From assembly GCA_043809315.1 (NCBI GenBank), contig JAZDDX010000042.1, positions 1 to 30,904 of the forward strand: a DNA stretch of 30,904 nucleotides, written 5' to 3'. This stretch comes from Pseudomonadota bacterium (GTDB taxonomy: Bacteria > Bdellovibrionota_G > JALEGL01 > DATDPG01). Below the pieces are notes generated by a model. That model made no database searches. It saw only the letters and a program-made list of their open reading frames with translations, and was not told where the DNA came from. Shown here one piece after another: positions 27,875 through 30,904 of the stretch; within the stretch, counting starts at the first letter, position 1; each line of letters starts with the position of its first letter. The translations under genes and the position numbers were made by a program.

Positions 27875-27886
27875 TAATCAATCGGC

Positions 27887-29218
27887 ATGAAACGATTTCT
27901 CACCGCTTTGACGATGATCTCTCTCGTTCTCCTTTCGGCCTGCGGGCGCGACGAGAAGGGGGCCAGGATCGGCCCGGGGAATAACATCATCGATCCGACG
28001 GCGACCCCGACTCCGACGGGTACCCCCGGCCCCGTGGCCCGCCTGGAAACAGCCCAGATCGTGGATTTCGGCGAGGGGTTCGTCGGCCAGGTCTCCGAGC
28101 GGACCCTCACGATCCAGAACGCGGGCGCCGCGGCAGCCACGGAACTGAATTCCAGTTCGCCGGCCACGCCCTTCGCCTTCAAAGGCGGGGTCTTCCCCGG
28201 CACCGGCGGAACCTGCCCCAAGAACGGGAAGTTGGATCCCGGCACCCAGTGCACATTAGTCGTTTCCCTGGCTCCCAACGCGGAGGGAAGCTTCTCGGCC
28301 GACCTCAGCATTTCGTACAACGACGGAGAAGAGGACCAGGTCATGACGGCCCAACTCAAAGCTTCAGGATCCTTCTGTGACCCCGGCGCCAGTCCTTTCG
28401 GGTACGGTTCGGGTACAGCCGAAAACGATCCCTTTCTGATCTGCTCGCCTGCACATCTGCGGAACCTGGCCCAAGCCTCGAACATGAACGCGTACTTGAA
28501 GCTGACGAAAGACCTGGACCTCGCGGGCGAAACGATCAACCCCATCGGGAACGAAGTCATTCCCTTCGGCGGCATCTTCGACGGAAACAAGAAGATCCTT
28601 TCGAACCTCACGATCTCCAAGTCGGGTCAGAGCAACGTCGGCCTCTTCGGCGTCGTGGCCAACAGCTTCCTCTATGCGGAGATCAAGGACTTGGGCCTTA
28701 CGAACATCAACGTCTCCGGGTACGACAATGTGGGCGGGTTGGTCGGAAGGATGAAGAGCGGAGCCATCCACCGTTCATTCACCACGGGACGAGTCACGTC
28801 GGCTCACGATCGGGCGGGCGGGCTGGTAGGCTGGGCCGGAGAGACGGGCAACGCCGTCATCCAGGATTCTTACGCCCAAGCCGTTGTTTCCGCCGCGAAC
28901 ATCGCCGCGGGCGGGGTCGTGGGCGAGTCCGCCGGCGGCTGCGCCATCAACCGAACGTACGCCGCGGGCCAGGTGGGGGCCCTCAACGGCAACGTGGGCG
29001 GCCTCGTGGGGAAAGCATCCTACTGGTCAGATTGTTACTCCTCATTTTGGGATGAGAAACTCGGCAACGTGTACAGCAACGCCTGTGGGGGAGGACAGGG
29101 GATCCCTACATACAAGTTCGTAATGCAGAGTACGTTCTCCGGTTGGGATTTCGACCAAACGTCGACGCCCATCTGGAAGCTGACCGATACTTACCCGGCC
29201 ATGAAATGGGAGCCTTAG
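27887..29218 (+). CDS. Lipoprotein with Pro/Thr linker, Ig-like (choice-of-anchor D / ASH-like) domain and GLUG-motif domain
   Basis: Lipobox LSAC (Cys19) and PTATPTPT linker. Ig-like VDFG...TLTIQNAG...FKGGVFPGTGGTC...C.LVV. Then GSGT..DPFLI and repeated NVGLFG/NVGGLVG/AGGLVG motifs. Confidence 0.82.
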   Translation: MKRFLTALTMISLVLLSACGRDEKGARIGPGNNIIDPTATPTPTGTPGPVARLETAQIVDFGEGFVGQVSERTLTIQNAGAAAATELNSSSPATPFAFKGGVFPGTGGTCPKNGKLDPGTQCTLVVSLAPNAEGSFSADLSISYNDGEEDQVMTAQLKASGSFCDPGASPFGYGSGTAENDPFLICSPAHLRNLAQASNMNAYLKLTKDLDLAGETINPIGNEVIPFGGIFDGNKKILSNLTISKSGQSNVGLFGVVANSFLYAEIKDLGLTNINVSGYDNVGGLVGRMKSGAIHRSFTTGRVTSAHDRAGGLVGWAGETGNAVIQDSYAQAVVSAANIAAGGVVGESAGGCAINRTYAAGQVGALNGNVGGLVGKASYWSDCYSSFWDEKLGNVYSNACGGGQGIPTYKFVMQSTFSGWDFDQTSTPIWKLTDTYPAMKWEP

Positions 29219-29224
29219 GCCGCT

Positions 29225-29326
29225 CCGGCAGCGTCGGTTTGCGGTTTGTATCTCGCCCGGCCCGAAGCGAAGTACTTCGATCTCGAGAAGATCCAGCGGG
29301 ATCAGGCCGACGACTACGCCCGGCGG
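29225..29326 (+). pseudogene. metH: Orphan duplicate of the metH 3' end (direct repeat copy 2)
   Basis: Translates as [34 protein letters not shown](K), versus ...QVDDYARR(TA*) in metH. It has no start codon of its own and begins 6 nt after the lipoprotein 1 stop. Confidence 0.9.
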
Positions 29327-29445
29327 AAAAAGCTCTCGTAATCCGGTATCTCGGACCAGTCTAACGCAGAGCAGCACTTGAGCAGAGTTTCGCCTATTTT
29401 GGGAATGGTGTCAGTGTAAGTATTTGTTTTTATGTGGTTATGATT

Positions 29446-29461
29446 AGGCATGCCGTTTGCT
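29446..29461 (+). promoter_or_regulatory. Putative sigma54 (-24/-12) promoter of lipoprotein 2
   Basis: AGGCATGCCGTTTGCT gives GG-N10-GC. AT-rich tract upstream and the same 13-nt spacing to the ATG as in copy 1. Confidence 0.7.
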
Positions 29462-29473
29462 TAACCAGGAGAC

Positions 29474-30904
29474 ATGAAACGAATTCTGGTGTGTCTGGCG
29501 GCGGTTTCCCTCCTTGCTCTTTCAGCATGCGGGCGTGACGACAAGGGGGCAAAGATAGGCCCGGGGAATAACCTTTCTGGTGCCACGGCTACACCCACGG
29601 CAACTGAGACTGCGACTGCAACGCCGACGCCATCGGGCGTTCTCATTAGTCCCAACGCGCTGACCCAGATACCGTTCACCGGAAGAATTCAAGTTTCGAT
29701 CTCCGGTCCGTCCGGGTTTCAGGTTCGGTACGAGGAGAGAGGGTTCAACCAATTCACGCCCGATCCGACCTGCGCGACGGGAACGGTTTATTCGGGCCCC
29801 TTCCTGGTGGGCGGTCCGAGCGAAACCGTTCATGTCAAAGCGGTTGCTTGCGATGGGGGTCGGGTTTCCTCCGTTGCGACCGGGACGTACACGTTCGGCG
29901 CGCCCAGTTCCGTTCTCCTGAGCCCCAGTTCGGCCAATCAGAATTCCTTTACACAGAAAGTTACCGTGTCGATCTCCGGCCCCGCCGGCATGCAGATCCG
30001 GTATGAAGAGAAAGGATACAACGAAGTCACGCCCGATCCGACCTGCGCGACGGGGACGGTCTATTCGGGGCCGTTCCTGGTGGGCGGCCCGAGTGAAACG
30101 GTTCACGTGAAGGCGATCGCATGCGAAAACGACCGCGCATCCCCGATCACAACCGGTACGTACACCTTCGGTTCGCCGGGTTCCCCGACACTCAATCCGC
30201 CGAACGGGAATCGAAACCCCTACACGGGAAAGATATCGGTTTCGATGTCGGCGACCGCCGGTTTCCAGATCCGATACGAGGATATCGGGTACAACGAGAT
30301 CCCGCCCGATCCGACCTGCGCGACGGGGACGGTCTATTCGGGTCCGTTCTTGGTCGGCGGTCCGAGCGAAACCGTCCGCGTCAAAGCGATTGCTTGTGTG
30401 AGCGACCGGGCCTCTCCCGTTGCGACCGGGACGTACACGTTCGGCGCGCCCAGTCCCGTTCTCCTGAGCCCCAGTTCAGCCAATCAGAATCCCTTTACAC
30501 AGAAAGTGACCGTTTCGATGTCGGCAACGTCTGGTTTCCAGATCCGGTACGAGGAGAGAGGGTACAACGAAGTCACACCCGACCCGACCTGCTCGACGGG
30601 GACGGTCTATTCGGGCCCCTTCCTGGTCGGCGGTCCGAACGAAACCGTCCATGTCAAGGCGATCGCGTGCGAAAGTGGCCGGGCGTCCCCGGTCACGACC
30701 GGCACCTATATCTTCGGGTTACCGGGTTCGCCGACCCTCAACCCGCTGAACGAGAATCGGAATCCTTACACGGGTAAGATATCGGTTTCGATGTCGGCGA
30801 CCGCCGGTTTCCAGATCCGATACGAGGATATCGGGTACAACGAGATCCCGCCCGATCCGACCTGCGCGACGGGGACGGTCTATTCGGGTCCGTTCTTGGT
30901 CGGC
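29474..30904 (+). CDS. Lipoprotein with tandem 91-aa Fn3-associated / chitobiase-C-terminal-like repeats (partial, runs off the window; not in the ORF track)
   Basis: Translated by hand: MKRILVCLAAVSLLALSAC-GRDDKGAKIGPGNN, an Ala/Thr/Pro linker, then repeats of ..SP......FT.K..VS.S...G.QIRYE..GYNE..PDPTCATGTVYSGPFLVGGPSETV.VKAIAC...RASPV.TGTYTFG. No stop codon before the window end. Confidence 0.88.
   Translation, partial: MKRILVCLAAVSLLALSACGRDDKGAKIGPGNNLSGATATPTATETATATPTPSGVLISPNALTQIPFTGRIQVSISGPSGFQVRYEERGFNQFTPDPTCATGTVYSGPFLVGGPSETVHVKAVACDGGRVSSVATGTYTFGAPSSVLLSPSSANQNSFTQKVTVSISGPAGMQIRYEEKGYNEVTPDPTCATGTVYSGPFLVGGPSETVHVKAIACENDRASPITTGTYTFGSPGSPTLNPPNGNRNPYTGKISVSMSATAGFQIRYEDIGYNEIPPDPTCATGTVYSGPFLVGGPSETVRVKAIACVSDRASPVATGTYTFGAPSPVLLSPSSANQNPFTQKVTVSMSATSGFQIRYEERGYNEVTPDPTCSTGTVYSGPFLVGGPNETVHVKAIACESGRASPVTTGTYIFGLPGSPTLNPLNENRNPYTGKISVSMSATAGFQIRYEDIGYNEIPPDPTCATGTVYSGPFLVG
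29639..30904 (+). repeat. Intragenic tandem repeat, 273-bp unit, at least 4.6 copies
   Basis: Units start at 29639, 29912, 30185, 30458 and 30731. The DPTC-coding anchor recurs at 29761, 30034, 30307, 30580 and 30853, exactly 273 bp apart. Confidence 0.95.

Noticed and set aside
27666-29326. Prophage, ICE or IS bounded by attL/attR
   Set aside because: The 1559-bp interval holds only one lipoprotein gene, with no integrase, transposase or terminal inverted repeats. I kept it as a cassette hypothesis rather than calling a mobile element.
30121-30777. ORF-track 218-aa ORF (and antisense 29522..30106)
   Set aside because: These are shadow frames of the real lipoprotein ORF starting at 29474.
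29639-30904. Regular repeats as a CRISPR array or non-coding repeat
   Set aside because: The 273-bp unit is a multiple of 3, lies in one open frame, varies mostly at synonymous sites and has no unique spacers.

Overview
A gene-dense, GC-rich bacterial chromosomal window. I found no rRNA, tRNA, CRISPR array, integrase or transposase. The protein types suggest a Gram-negative delta-proteobacterium-like host (Bdellovibrionota/Myxococcota-like), but that is inference only. In order, the window holds: a PAS-MenA/UbiA prenyltransferase fusion; a peptide-scavenging block (aminopeptidase P, M29 aminopeptidase, OPT transporter); a small beta-barrel protein; a Zn alcohol dehydrogenase; a 2[4Fe-4S] ferredoxin; a four-gene sphingolipid operon (spt, bacterial ceramide synthase, ceramide reductase-like SDR, AUR1/IPC-synthase-like PAP2 enzyme); cydAB; GNAT and PilZ genes; arsM; an ACE-like M2 peptidase; a Spy/CpxP + ECF sigma + anti-sigma operon; a secreted GH13 protein resembling the extracellular half of fungal alpha-1,3-glucan synthase; metF-metH; and two lipoprotein genes. 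The most unusual structure follows metH. A unit of [last ~34 codons of metH]-[AT-rich spacer]-[sigma54-type promoter]-[conserved lipoprotein leader]-[variable passenger domain] occurs twice, 1559 bp apart. The orphan metH tail differs from the real gene almost only at synonymous sites, which suggests a recombination-built cassette array of surface lipoproteins anchored on the metH 3' end. The second lipoprotein (29474 to window end) is missing from the ORF track and is made of 273-bp tandem repeats. All family assignments come from motif recognition by eye, not from database searches.
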